A stretch of DNA of 64,000 bases from an uncultured Verrucomicrobiae bacterium (GTDB lineage Bacteria; Verrucomicrobiota; Verrucomicrobiia; Chthoniobacterales; Chthoniobacteraceae): the NCBI GenBank assembly GCA_963836755.1, contig CAWIKF010000002.1, positions 64,001 through 128,000 of the forward strand, read 5' to 3'. The notes below the pieces were generated by a model. It ran no database searches. It was not told the DNA's origin and worked only from the letters and a program-made list of their open reading frames with translations. Position 1 is the first letter of the stretch. Every line of letters begins with the position of its first letter. This document shows, in pieces, positions 33,455 to 46,666 of the stretch. Position numbers and translations under genes: made by a program.

Positions 33455-33688
33455 ATGGCTGATGTAGCAAACAAATATTCGGAAAACGTCGAGGGAACTT
33501 TTTACGTCGATGACCAGTGCATCGACTGCGATCTTTGCCGCGAAACTGCGCCGGCGAATTTTACCCGCAATGACGACGGCGGGCATTCCTACGTCTACAA
33601 GCAGCCCGGCTCCCCCGAGGAAGAAGCGCTTTGCAAAGAAGCGATGGAAGGCTGCCCGGTCGAGGCGATCGGCAGCGACGGCGCGTAG
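33455..33688 (+). CDS. Ferredoxin (single [4Fe-4S])
   Basis: CIDCDLC...GCPVEAIG; putative promoter TTGCAA-N16-TATTGT at 33402-33429. Confidence 0.92.
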   Translation: MADVANKYSENVEGTFYVDDQCIDCDLCRETAPANFTRNDDGGHSYVYKQPGSPEEEALCKEAMEGCPVEAIGSDGA

Positions 33689-33779
33689 AGAAATTGGTGG
33701 CAGGCATCGCGGAAAGCGCTCATTCTTTGCGAATGAGGCCGCGCAGTTTTCCCGCACAAGGCGTTTGGATTTTCGCCAG

Positions 33780-34139
33780 ATGACGCCGCAACTCCGCCAG
33801 CGCGTGCTCGCCGAATGGCGCGGTCTCCCGCAGTGGACGCCGCGCCCGGACCGGACGCAATCGGTCGCCGACGCGCTCCAGGGCGTGATGCGAAAACTCG
33901 GCCTCAGCGAACGGCTGACGGAGGCGCAAATCCAGGGCGCGTGGCGCGAGATTGTCGGCGATTGGTTCGCGCAGCACACGTGCCCGAGCGCGATCCGCGA
34001 CCGCGTGCTCTTCGTGCAAGTGCTCCAGCCGGCGATTCATTATGAACTCGACCGCGTCTGGAAAGTGGAGATTTTGCAAAAGCTCAAGGCGCGCTTCGGA
34101 GCAAAGTTGATCCGCGAAATCAAGTTCCGCATCGGTTAA
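33780..34139 (+). CDS. dciA: DciA/DUF721 family protein
   Basis: W.EIVG...AQHT.P......LFV.V....ELD....EIL.KL...IREIKFRIG pattern. Confidence 0.8.
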   Translation: MTPQLRQRVLAEWRGLPQWTPRPDRTQSVADALQGVMRKLGLSERLTEAQIQGAWREIVGDWFAQHTCPSAIRDRVLFVQVLQPAIHYELDRVWKVEILQKLKARFGAKLIREIKFRIG

Positions 34140-34490
34140 ATGCGCGACTCCATCGTGATCGAGCAGCTGGAAATCACGGCGCACCTCGGCGTGCCCGAGG
34201 AGGAGCGCGCGCAGCCGCAGCGCCTCACCGCATCGCTCCGGCTCGTGCCGCAGAACGATTTCCGCGATCTGCAGGACCGGCTCGCGAACAGCGTCGATTA
34301 CGCGCTCGTCTGCCGCACAGTCGCCCGCGTCGCCGGCGCGAAACCGCGCCGGCTGCTCGAGACTTTGGCGGAAGAGATCGCGGAGCGATTGCTCGCGGAA
34401 TTTTCGCTCGCCAGGGTCGAAGTCGATCTGCGGAAGTTCATCTTGAAAGAGACCAACTTTGTCGCCGTAAAAATCACCCGCGATGCGTGA
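34140..34490 (+). CDS. folB: Dihydroneopterin aldolase
   Basis: HLGVPEEERAQPQ, SVDY, LLETLAEEIA, V.LRK. Confidence 0.9.
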   Translation: MRDSIVIEQLEITAHLGVPEEERAQPQRLTASLRLVPQNDFRDLQDRLANSVDYALVCRTVARVAGAKPRRLLETLAEEIAERLLAEFSLARVEVDLRKFILKETNFVAVKITRDA

Positions 34491-34535
34491 TCGCATGAGA
34501 CGCGCGCTCGCATTTCCAACGCCGATTCTGAAGCC

Positions 34536-34775
34536 GTGAGCGAAAAATCCCACGTTGCCAAATCATTTCTCGTGGAGCTGCTTGTTTACACAGTGCTGGT
34601 CGCTGTTTATTTCTTTGCAGTCCTGCATTTCCTCGGCAGCTGGCTCAAGCCGCTCTTTGACCACGGCCGCGGCGTCTATGCCGTGGTCGCGCTCGCGCTG
34701 ATGCTCGCGCAGGGCGTGCTGCTGGAAATGTTGACCACATGGCTGCTGCGGCTCATCCGCGCGCGCACGGCTTAA
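34536..34775 (+). CDS. Small two-TM membrane protein
   Basis: Hydrophobic 79-aa ORF, 3 bp before the TauE gene. Confidence 0.65.
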   Translation: MSEKSHVAKSFLVELLVYTVLVAVYFFAVLHFLGSWLKPLFDHGRGVYAVVALALMLAQGVLLEMLTTWLLRLIRARTA

Positions 34776-34778
34776 GCG

Positions 34779-35699
34779 ATGTATTTTCCAATCGCCGGCG
34801 TCCACATCGACGCGCTTTACCTCATTGTCATCGGCTTCATCATCGGCGTGCTCGGTGGCTTCTTCGGCGTCGGCGGCAGCTTTCTCGCCGGGCCGGCGCT
34901 GCGCCTCGTCGGCCTGCCGTGGAACTTTGCAGTCGGAACCGATCTCGCGCACATCGTCGGCAAATCCATTGTCGCCGCGAAGAAACATCGCGCACTCGGC
35001 AACGTCGACTTGAAACTCGGCTTCATCATGGCCGCGGGAACCATCGCGGGCGCGGAAACGGGCGCGCAGGGGATCGAGGCGCTCAAGCGTCACGGCGATG
35101 TGAATGTCGTCGTCAGCATTGTGTCCATTATTGTTTACCTATCCATCGCGATCCTCATGGCGACCGAAGGGTGGAAAACTTTGCGCGCCGGCAAAAAAGC
35201 GAAGGACGAAAAAAGGCGCGTCGACCCGAAAAAAGACCAGACGGCTTTCACGCACATCACGCGCAAATTCCAGGCGTTGCATCTTCCGCCAATGATCAGC
35301 CTGCCTGCATCCGGCATCGCAAGCATCTCGCTCTGGGTCATCCTCGGCGTCGCATTTGTCGGCGGCCTTTTCAGCGGATTTCTCGGCGGCGGCGCGGGCT
35401 ACATCCGCATGCCGGCGATGGTTTATGTGCTCGGCATCCCGACGCATTTGGCCGTGGGCACCGATCTTTTTGAGATCATTATTTCGGCGAGCTACAGCAC
35501 GCTTTCGCACGCGCTCAAGGGCAACGTCGACATCCTCATCGCGCTCGTCATGCACACCGGCGCGGCCATCGGCGCGCAGATCGGCGCCATCTGCACGCAA
35601 TATTTCCACGGGCCGAAGATCCGGCTTTTCTTCGCGCCGCTGCCGCTCATCGGCGCCGGCATCGTTGTCTACACGATGCTCACTGGTCACAAATTATGA
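34779..35699 (+). CDS. TauE/SafE family exporter
   Basis: GFFGVGG, AVGTDL (twice), GFLGGGAG. Confidence 0.88.
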   Translation: MYFPIAGVHIDALYLIVIGFIIGVLGGFFGVGGSFLAGPALRLVGLPWNFAVGTDLAHIVGKSIVAAKKHRALGNVDLKLGFIMAAGTIAGAETGAQGIEALKRHGDVNVVVSIVSIIVYLSIAILMATEGWKTLRAGKKAKDEKRRVDPKKDQTAFTHITRKFQALHLPPMISLPASGIASISLWVILGVAFVGGLFSGFLGGGAGYIRMPAMVYVLGIPTHLAVGTDLFEIIISASYSTLSHALKGNVDILIALVMHTGAAIGAQIGAICTQYFHGPKIRLFFAPLPLIGAGIVVYTMLTGHKL

Positions 35700-36577
35700 A
35701 GGTCCTCATTTGCAGCGATGGCCACAAGCAGGCGGAAAAAGCGATCCGCTACCTGGCGACGACGGCTGCGGCGTGTGGCGCGGAGGCGACGCTGCTCGGC
35801 ATCGTCGAGCACCCGAGCGACGAGGCGGCATTGCAGGAAGCGCTGCGGCACCAGGCCCAAATTTTGCGCGACAAAAAAGTGGCCGTGGAGTTCGTCACCA
35901 AGGCGGGAAATCCTCTCGAGGAAATTCAAAAACGGACGCGCGAGCAGGCGTTCGACCTTGTCCTCATCGGCGCGGAGCGAAAGACCGGCGGCCCATTCGT
36001 GATGTCCGCGAAAGCTTACCACATCATCAAAAGCGTCGAACCGCCGGTGCTGGTTTTCATCGGCGAGCGCACCGGTTTGCAGCGCGTTTTGATTTGCAGC
36101 GGCGGGCAGGAAACGATCAACCGCGCCGTCAAACTCACGGGCGAACTTGCCTGCAAAACTCGGCTTTCGGTGACGGTGCTTCACGTCCTGCCCGAGCCGC
36201 CCGCGATTTATTCGGAGATGATCGAACGCGAGGACAACGCCGCGGAATTGCTGAACACCAACTCGACGCTCGGCCGTAATCTGCGCGCGGAAAAAGAGGC
36301 GCTGGAAAAGTTTGGCCTCGATGCGCAAATCAAATTACGCCACGGCCTCGTCGTCCCGGAAATCCTCGAGGAAGTCACCCAAGGCGATTACGATCTCGTC
36401 GTCACCGGCTCGACGCTCGCCGGCGGCTCGCTGCGCACCTACATCATGGGCGACATCACGTCCGAGGTCGTCAACCGCGCCGTCGTGCCAGTGCTCGTCG
36501 TGCGCGGCCCGGCGATTCCGAGAGGGTTTTTCAGCACGATCTTCCAGCTGTTTTCCCGCTCCGGAAAGCGCGCTTGA
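35696..36577 (+). CDS. Tandem universal stress protein
   Basis: Two USP domains; DLVVTGS...MGDITSEVVNRAVVPVLVVR. Confidence 0.9.
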   Translation: MKVLICSDGHKQAEKAIRYLATTAAACGAEATLLGIVEHPSDEAALQEALRHQAQILRDKKVAVEFVTKAGNPLEEIQKRTREQAFDLVLIGAERKTGGPFVMSAKAYHIIKSVEPPVLVFIGERTGLQRVLICSGGQETINRAVKLTGELACKTRLSVTVLHVLPEPPAIYSEMIEREDNAAELLNTNSTLGRNLRAEKEALEKFGLDAQIKLRHGLVVPEILEEVTQGDYDLVVTGSTLAGGSLRTYIMGDITSEVVNRAVVPVLVVRGPAIPRGFFSTIFQLFSRSGKRA

Positions 36578-36628
36578 TTTTCGCGGCAGCCCGCTTCACA
36601 GCTTGGCTGCAGGAAAATTGCACCACTC

Positions 36629-37757
36629 ATGAAAAAAGAAATCGCGCGGTTGATCGTCGCCGATAGCGAACGCTCGCCGGACATGCTTTACGCGACGCGA
36701 TTTTTCGCGCCGGACGCGTTCGCTTATCTCCGGAAAAACGGAAAGTCGACGCTGATGCTCAACGATCTCGAGATTGATCGAGGACGGAAAACGGCGCGCG
36801 TGGACGAGATCGTATCGCACAAGGAGGTCCAGGACGGAATGGCGTCAAAGTTGCAGATTGAAACGACTCCGTCGTTCGCAGAACTCATCGCGGAATTGCT
36901 GCGCGCACGCCGCGTGCGCCGCGCGCTGGTGCCGCACGATTTTCCGCTTGGCCTCGCGCAATCGCTCGCAAAACAAGGCGTAGAGCTGATTCCCGTGGAG
37001 GGACTGTTCTGGAAAGAGCGCGAATTTAAAACCGCAAGTGAATTGCGTCAGCTAAAGCACGCGCTCGCGATCACGCAAACTGGCATGGCGCGCGCGATGG
37101 AAGTTTTGCGCGCGTCAAAAATTTCCGGGAAAAATTTGCACTGGTCGAAGCGTCCGCTGACGTCCGAAATTTTGCGCGCGGAAATCGATTCTGCGATTTT
37201 GCGAGCGGGCGGTTTGCCGGCGAATACGATCGTCGCCGGTGGCGAGCAGGCGTGCGATCCGCACGAGCGCGGAAGCGGACAGCTGCGCGCGCACGAGCTG
37301 ATCATCATCGACATTTTTCCGCGCGACGCCCGCACCGGATATTTCGGCGATCTCACGCGCACGGTCGTTCGCGGGCGCGCGAGTGATGCGCAGCGAAAAC
37401 TTTGGAATGCCGTGCAAGCCGCACAGCAACTGGCTTTGCGGGCGATGAAGCCGGACGCGGATGGCGGCGAAGTGCATGCGAACGTGAAAAAGTTTCTTGC
37501 GGAAAATGGTTATCCGACGGAGCAGCGCAATGGCCGCTGGGTCGGATTTTTTCATGGAACCGGCCATGGTCTCAGGCTTGGAAATTCACGAGGAGCCGCG
37601 TTTTGCGAAGACGATTTTCAAGCCGAGGCAGGTGCTCACGGTCGAGCCGGGCGTCTATTGGCCGGGCGTTGGCGCGGCGCGGATTGAGGATGTGGTGACG
37701 ATCGGTGCGCGCGGGATTCGACGGCTTTCGAATTTTCCGCATGAGCTCGAGCTGTAA
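36629..37757 (+). pseudogene. Xaa-Pro aminopeptidase (M24) with a single-base frameshift near 37574, possibly a sequencing error
   Basis: DPH, IIDIFP, GDLTRT, HGTGHGL in one frame; GLEIHE, TVEPGVY, RIED in another; removing A37574 restores GHGLGLEIHE. Confidence 0.8.
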
Positions 37758-37814
37758 CCGGCTTGAACGGAAAAGCTGCGAGGTTGTCAGACAAATCGGC
37801 AGCATTTTCGTCTC

Positions 37815-38498
37815 ATGAATTTTTCGACCTGGATTCTTTACATCGGCGTCCCTTTGCTCCTCGGCCTTTGGGCGCAGATGCGTGTCTCGAGCACTTTCAG
37901 AAAATACGCGCGCGTGCCCGCGTCGTGCGGATTGACGGGAGCTCAGGTCGCGCGGAAAATTTTGCAGGCGGCGCAAATTCCCGATGTGGATGTGGTCGAG
38001 ATCAATGGCTTTCTCGGTGATCATTATGACCCGACGAGCAAACGCCTTTGCCTTTCAAGCCAAACTTACAGCACGCCCTCGCTCGCGGCGGTTGGCATTG
38101 CCGCGCACGAGACCGGGCACGCGATCCAGCACGCGCGAGCCTACGCGCCGCTGCAATGGCGGATGACGATCGTGCCCGCCACACAGCTCGCTTCGCAGGT
38201 TTTGCCGTTCGTGATTTTCGGTGGAATTTTCTTTGGATTTTTCGGACTGCTGCGGCTCGGCATCCTTTGTTATCTCGTGCTCTGCGCTTTCCAGCTCATC
38301 ACGCTGCCGGTGGAATACGATGCATCGCGGCGCGCGAAAATCATTCTCGGCCAGATGGGCATCATCCAGCCGGGCGCGGAAACCGCTGGCGTGCGCCAGA
38401 TGCTTGGCGCGGCCGCTCTGACTTATGTCGCTGCTTTTGTCGCGGCCCTGGGCAACCTGCTTTGGCTGCTTTCGCTCACCTCGAATCGGCGAAGCTGA
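37815..38498 (+). CDS. Zinc metallopeptidase (YugP/Zn_peptidase_2 family)
   Basis: LGDHYDP, AAHETGHAIQ, TLPVEYDAS, AAALTYVA. Confidence 0.92.
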   Translation: MNFSTWILYIGVPLLLGLWAQMRVSSTFRKYARVPASCGLTGAQVARKILQAAQIPDVDVVEINGFLGDHYDPTSKRLCLSSQTYSTPSLAAVGIAAHETGHAIQHARAYAPLQWRMTIVPATQLASQVLPFVIFGGIFFGFFGLLRLGILCYLVLCAFQLITLPVEYDASRRAKIILGQMGIIQPGAETAGVRQMLGAAALTYVAAFVAALGNLLWLLSLTSNRRS

Positions 38499-38522
38499 CG
38501 TCTTCCTTTCCACAACCAGATC

Positions 38523-39179
38523 ATGCAACTCGCCGTCAATCTTCATTCCCAAGCCCTCGCGAACTTGGTAGGAGCTTCCGCAATGGCCGAAGCGGCTCCA
38601 GTCAACGAGGACGTCGCACTCGTCGCACGCACGCAGGCCGGTGATCCGGGCGCGTTCGACCAGCTCGTCGTCAAATACAACCCGCGCCTTTACGGCCTCG
38701 TCTATAATATGACCTCGAATCACGAGGACACGAACGACCTGCTGCAGGATATTTTCGCAAAGGCGTATCGCGCGATCAACGGCTTCCGCGGCAAGTCGAG
38801 TTTTTACACGTGGATGCATTCGATCGCAGTGAACATGACGATCAATTTTTTAAAAAAACGCGGACGGCGCTACACGATGAGCCTCGATGACGTGGATGCG
38901 AACATCCAGAACGACAAGGAATTCATCGAGCTGACCGCGACGTCGAGCCCGGTGCGCGAGGCCGATCTGGGCGAGTTGCAGGTGAGATTGAACGAGGCGA
39001 TGATGAAGCTGTCTCATGAGCATAGGGCCGTCGTGACCATGTTTGATATTCAGGGGATGCCCCACGCTGAGATCAGCAAGATCCTCGGGATTTCCGAGGG
39101 CACGGTAAGGTCCCGGCTTTTTTATGCGCACCGGCAATTGCAAAACTACCTCGAGGAATTCCGGAAAAATCCCGTCTAG
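38523..39179 (+). CDS. ECF sigma factor (RpoE-like)
   Basis: AFDQLV..Y, DLLQDIF, FRGKSSFYTW, EIS..LGISEGTVRSRL; start may be 38583. Confidence 0.93.
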   Translation: MQLAVNLHSQALANLVGASAMAEAAPVNEDVALVARTQAGDPGAFDQLVVKYNPRLYGLVYNMTSNHEDTNDLLQDIFAKAYRAINGFRGKSSFYTWMHSIAVNMTINFLKKRGRRYTMSLDDVDANIQNDKEFIELTATSSPVREADLGELQVRLNEAMMKLSHEHRAVVTMFDIQGMPHAEISKILGISEGTVRSRLFYAHRQLQNYLEEFRKNPV

Positions 39180-39183
39180 CGCT

Positions 39184-39610
39184 ATGATCGAAGAACAAGA
39201 CCTGCAGAAACTTTTGCGCCTCAAGCGCCACGAGCAGCCGCCGCCGGAATATTTCCAAAGTTTCCTGCATGAGTTTCATCGGCGTCAGCGCGCGGAACTT
39301 TTGCGCCAGCCGCTCTGGCAAATTGCGTGGGATCGCGCCACTGCATTTTTCAGCCAGTCAAGCACCAGCCGCCTTGCTTATGCCGCCGCCACGATTGCAG
39401 TTTTGGCCGCGGCGGGCGTGACATCGTTCAAGATCATCAACGCGCCCAGCAGCACATTTGTCGCACAGGCCATCCCGGCTGCGCAGCCGCGTTTTGGGCT
39501 CAACACCCGCGTGCATCTACCGGATTTTAGCGAACTTTCTCACGAAGCAAACAGCGTGACCGTCGCCTCCGTGCGTCCGCGTTACGTCATGGACGCGCGG
39601 CCGGTCAGCT

Positions 39611-39633
<23 letters not shown>
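39184..39633 (+). CDS. Putative anti-sigma factor (single TM)
   Basis: Follows the ECF sigma; LLRLKRHEQPP N-terminus, one TM helix, short periplasmic tail. Confidence 0.7.
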
Positions 39634-43006
<3,373 letters not shown>

Positions 43007-43025
43007 GTCCTACTCCAAAACCCAA

Positions 43026-44777
43026 ATGCCCGCAAACAAGCTCGTGCTCGGAGTCGAAGGCGGCGGCACCAAAACCGAATGGGTGCTCATTTCGGACCCG
43101 AAGAATGTTGTTAAACAGGGTGAACTCCCTGCCGCGAATCTCCGCCTGATCAGCGACGAGAAGCTCGCGCAAATGTTCAGCGTGCTGCCGGCAGACGTCA
43201 CCGATGTCGGCGTCTTCCTCGCCGGCTGCGCGAACGAAGCCGACCGCCGCCGCCTTTGCTCGCTGGTGAAAAAAAATTGGTCGAGCGCGCATGTGATCGT
43301 AGGCAGCGATGCGGACTCAGGATTCGCAACAGCGTTTGGCGACGGCGACGGAATCTGCGTGATCGCCGGCACGGGCTCCGTGGTCACCGGTCGCAAAAGC
43401 GGGCGCTCGGAAAAAGCAGGCGGCTGGGGGCAATTGCTCGGCGACAAAGGTGGCGGCTACAACCTTGCCGTGCAGGCGCTGCGCTTCGTGCTGTCGAACT
43501 ACGACATCGATCATCGCGTGGACGAACTCGGCGCGCAGATCCTGCGCACGCTCGCGCTGAATCAACTCGGCGAGCTGGTGAGCTGGGCCGCCGACGCCGA
43601 CAAAATGTCGGTCGCCAAACTTGCGCCCGTCGTTTTTGCAGCCGCGAAAAACGGGCAGCCGGAAATGCTCGCCGCCGTGCAAAATGGCGCGCGGATCCTC
43701 GCGGAATTTACGCGCGCGGTCGCACATCGTCTCGCGATGCACGAGCCGGAAGTGCGGATGCTCGGCGGACTTTTCGCGAACCATCCTGAATACGCGGACC
43801 TCTTCAAAGACTACCTCAGCGACCTGCTTCCCGGCGCCCGCACCGGCATCTGTTTACGCTCTGGCGCGCTCGGTGCGGCGTGGCTCGCGACGCGCGATTC
43901 GACGACGTGTGCGCCGCTTTATGAAAAACAAAACGCCGACGTCCTCGAGCTTGCCGAGGCCGCGACGGAGCAGCGCAATCCGCGCTCGGAAAATCTCGAC
44001 AAACTAACGACCGCAGAGTTGGTCGATCTTTTTGTGGACGAAGAAACACGCGTTAACGAAGCGTTGACAGCCGTGCGCAGCTCGCTCGTGCGCGCGGTTG
44101 AAATCACGAGTGATGCGTTGCAAAACGGCGGCCGGCTTTTTTACGCCGGAGCGGGAACGAGCGGCCGGCTCGGCGTGCTGGATGCGAGCGAAATTCCGCC
44201 GACTTTCAATGCTGCGCCGGAGCTCGTGCAGGGAATCATTGCGGGCGGCCATCGCGCGCTGCACCAGGCTGTGGAAGGCGCGGAAGACCAGGACGAGGCG
44301 GGCGCGCTGGCGATGGTCGAGCGCGGCGTCACGGCGCGCGATGTTGTGTGCGGAATCGCATCGAGCGGGCGCACGCCGTTTGTGCTCGGCGCGCTGGAAA
44401 GGGCGCGGGCAATGGGCGCGCGGACGATTCTGCTCACGTGCAATCCGTCGCGGCGGCGCGCGGAAAAGTTATGGGATGCCGAGATCGATTTGCCGACGGG
44501 CGCGGAATTGGTGACCGGTTCGACGCGGCTCAAGGCCGGCACGGCGACGAAAGTTGCGCTTAATATTCTCTCAACCTGCACGATGATCCGGCTCGGAAAA
44601 ACGCGCGGAAATTTGATGGTGGACGTGCGCGCGACGAATACGAAATTGCGCGACCGCGCGGTGCGGCTCGTGCGCCAGATGTGTGGCGTTTCCTACGATG
44701 AAGCGCAGGCGCTTTTGCTGGAAAAAAACTGGGACGTGCGCGCGGTGCTCGATGCGGAGCGGAACGTCAAAGTTTAG
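43026..44777 (+). CDS. murQ: Fusion of BadF/BcrAD-type GlcNAc/MurNAc kinase and MurNAc-6-phosphate etherase
   Basis: N-half GVEGGGTKT, IAGTGS, GGWGQLLGDKGG; C-half TEQRNP, GAGTSGRLGVLDASE, GAED, TGSTRLKAGTATK. Confidence 0.9.
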   Translation: MPANKLVLGVEGGGTKTEWVLISDPKNVVKQGELPAANLRLISDEKLAQMFSVLPADVTDVGVFLAGCANEADRRRLCSLVKKNWSSAHVIVGSDADSGFATAFGDGDGICVIAGTGSVVTGRKSGRSEKAGGWGQLLGDKGGGYNLAVQALRFVLSNYDIDHRVDELGAQILRTLALNQLGELVSWAADADKMSVAKLAPVVFAAAKNGQPEMLAAVQNGARILAEFTRAVAHRLAMHEPEVRMLGGLFANHPEYADLFKDYLSDLLPGARTGICLRSGALGAAWLATRDSTTCAPLYEKQNADVLELAEAATEQRNPRSENLDKLTTAELVDLFVDEETRVNEALTAVRSSLVRAVEITSDALQNGGRLFYAGAGTSGRLGVLDASEIPPTFNAAPELVQGIIAGGHRALHQAVEGAEDQDEAGALAMVERGVTARDVVCGIASSGRTPFVLGALERARAMGARTILLTCNPSRRRAEKLWDAEIDLPTGAELVTGSTRLKAGTATKVALNILSTCTMIRLGKTRGNLMVDVRATNTKLRDRAVRLVRQMCGVSYDEAQALLLEKNWDVRAVLDAERNVKV

Positions 44778-44887
44778 CCACAAATGCGCAAAAGCCGACA
44801 TCGGCCGCGCGGCAAATCAGCGCGGCATCGAAGCGCGGCAAAGTTTTTTCCTCTGATGAAACATGAAATTTCACCGATGCGCGCCGC

Positions 44888-45028
44888 GTGGCATACCCAC
44901 TGCTAACTGGTGCGATGTCCGCCATAGCGGACGGGGAAAAAGACCAAAGGGACAGCTCGGTCGTAGGGCGTAATTGACGGTCCGGGGGGAACCGATCAAC
45001 GGGACGGCCGAGCTGTATTCCCCGCCGC
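44888..45028 (+). ncRNA. Candidate structured non-coding RNA, family not recognised
   Basis: About 100-nt imperfect hairpin with 13-bp core ACAGCTCGGTCGT/ACGGCCGAGCTGT; U-G pair favours the + strand; lies between convergent genes. Confidence 0.45.
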
Positions 45029-45031
45029 CGC

Positions 45032-45767
45032 TCAGGCGAGCGCGCGATTCTGAACGCCGACGATTTCGATCTCGCCAAACTCGCCTTCCTGCCGCGCGCG
45101 GATTTGCTTGAGCCGGATCAATTCCAAAAGCGCGAGGAACGTGACGACGATTTCCGTGCGCGATGCGATGCCGGAAAAAAGTTCGGTAAACTTCAGCGCC
45201 ACGTCCGCGGCGGTCATCTTCAGGATCAGATCGATTTTGTCGGACACCGTGAAATTTTCCTCGAAAATCTCGCGCAAATCTTCCGTTTGGCTGCGGCGCT
45301 TCAGGACGCTTTGAAACGCGTTGATCAAATCAAAAATGCTCACCTCGCCCAGCGGCCGCTCCGCCGCAAACTCCGGCTTTTCCGGCACGCGCGCAAAAAG
45401 ATTTTCTCGCGCCAGCTCGCACTGCTGCAAGTGCGCCGCGGCGTCCTTGAACTTTTTGTATTCGATCAATTGCCGCACCAGTTCCCAGCGCGGATCGTCC
45501 TCCTCGGCGGCCTCATCGGGCGGCTGGAGAGCCTTTGGCAGCAAGCTCCGGCTCTTGATGTAGATCAAATTCGCCGCCATCACCACGAAGTCGCCGGCGA
45601 CATCGAGATCGAGGATTTTGAAGAGCTCCATGTAGTCGAGATACTGGCGCGTGATCCGCTCGATCGGGATTTCGTAGATGTCGATCTCGTCTTTTTTGAT
45701 GAGATAAAGCAGCAGATCGAGCGGGCCCTTCGAAGACCTCGAGCTTGACCTTGTAATCATTCTCCAT
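45032..45767 (-). CDS. scpA: Segregation/condensation protein A (kleisin); one extra base near 45723-45728
   Basis: MENDYKVKLEVFEGP continues in another frame as LDLLLYLIKK...IKSRSLLP...TFLALLELIR. Confidence 0.88.
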
Positions 45768-45852
45768 GGCGGTGGCGCGAGTTTAGCGGGCGGGGTTGCG
45801 ATGGCAAAGCAACTCTCGAAAAAGTCGCGCGGCCGCTGGCTCGCGCGGCGCT

Positions 45853-46566
45853 TTATTTGCGCGCGAAAAAACTCGCGAAGACGGAGTTCCGGTGCAGCAC
45901 GTCGTAATCGCGAAAGCCGAGCTCGCGGATGAGGTCGAGTTGGAAACGGAGCGATCGCGGCGAATCCTCGGCGTCGATGTAAGCGAAAACTTTTTCGCGA
46001 TATTCCGCGCCGCCGAGCGACTCGAGATATTTGCCGTAGCGCTGCCACATGAGCGCGTGCAAGGCGGGATCGTCGAACATCGCGAGATCAGCGACAAAGA
46101 GCAGCCCGCCAGGTCGCAGCCAGCGATGCAGGCGGCGAAACATTTCCCGCCAATCCGCCTCGTCGCGCAGATGGTGCAGCACCGCGCCCGCGAGAATGAC
46201 GTCAAAGTTGTCGGCGTCAAAGTCGAGCTCGCGCATGTCGCTTTGGATCGTCTCGACAGCGCCCGCGACGGTGCTCACCCGCAGTCGGGCCCGGTCCAGC
46301 ATCGGCGCGCTCAAATCTACCAGCGTGCAATCGAGCGGCGAGACGCGGCCGAGGATGCTGAGTGTGAAATTTCCCGCGCCGCAGCCGATATCGAGCAGCC
46401 GTCCGGCAGGTTGCAAATGCGTGGCCGCAGCCTGCGAGACGAGCTCGAGCACCAACGGCGCATCGATCGTGGCCTGCTGTCCGGTTTCCAGCCGCGAGAA
46501 CCGCTCTACGTCCGCGTCGAAGCGGGCGCGGATCTGCTCGATCGTCGCTTTTCGGTCAAAATTCAT
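45853..46566 (-). CDS. Class I SAM-dependent methyltransferase (CmoA-like)
   Basis: LLDIGCGAG, VDLSAPML, AVLHHL, LRPGG. Confidence 0.88.
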   Translation of the reverse strand: MNFDRKATIEQIRARFDADVERFSRLETGQQATIDAPLVLELVSQAAATHLQPAGRLLDIGCGAGNFTLSILGRVSPLDCTLVDLSAPMLDRARLRVSTVAGAVETIQSDMRELDFDADNFDVILAGAVLHHLRDEADWREMFRRLHRWLRPGGLLFVADLAMFDDPALHALMWQRYGKYLESLGGAEYREKVFAYIDAEDSPRSLRFQLDLIRELGFRDYDVLHRNSVFASFFARK

Positions 46567-46666
46567 GGTTTGGCGTCAAAGTAGCTCAGGCGGCGGTGAG
46601 TTCCAGCCCGTGTAGGCAAAACGGACGGTCACGCTGGCAGGGGCTGGCGACGGGAAAATGGCCCTT

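Noticed and set aside
44851..44875. Hammerhead ribozyme core (CTGATGA...GAAA)
   Set aside because: Only 5 nt separate the motifs, so there is no stem II, and no flanking stems I/III could be formed.
44927..45028. SRP (4.5S) RNA or retron msr-msd identity for the hairpin
   Set aside because: GGTCC-GGGG-GGAA resembles SRP helix 8, but the GNRA loop and CAGG/AGCA internal loop are absent. No reverse transcriptase or a1/a2 repeats were found.
45032..46048. 338-aa ORF as full-length scpA
   Set aside because: Its N-terminus is out-of-frame methyltransferase sequence; the true start is 45767 with a frameshift.
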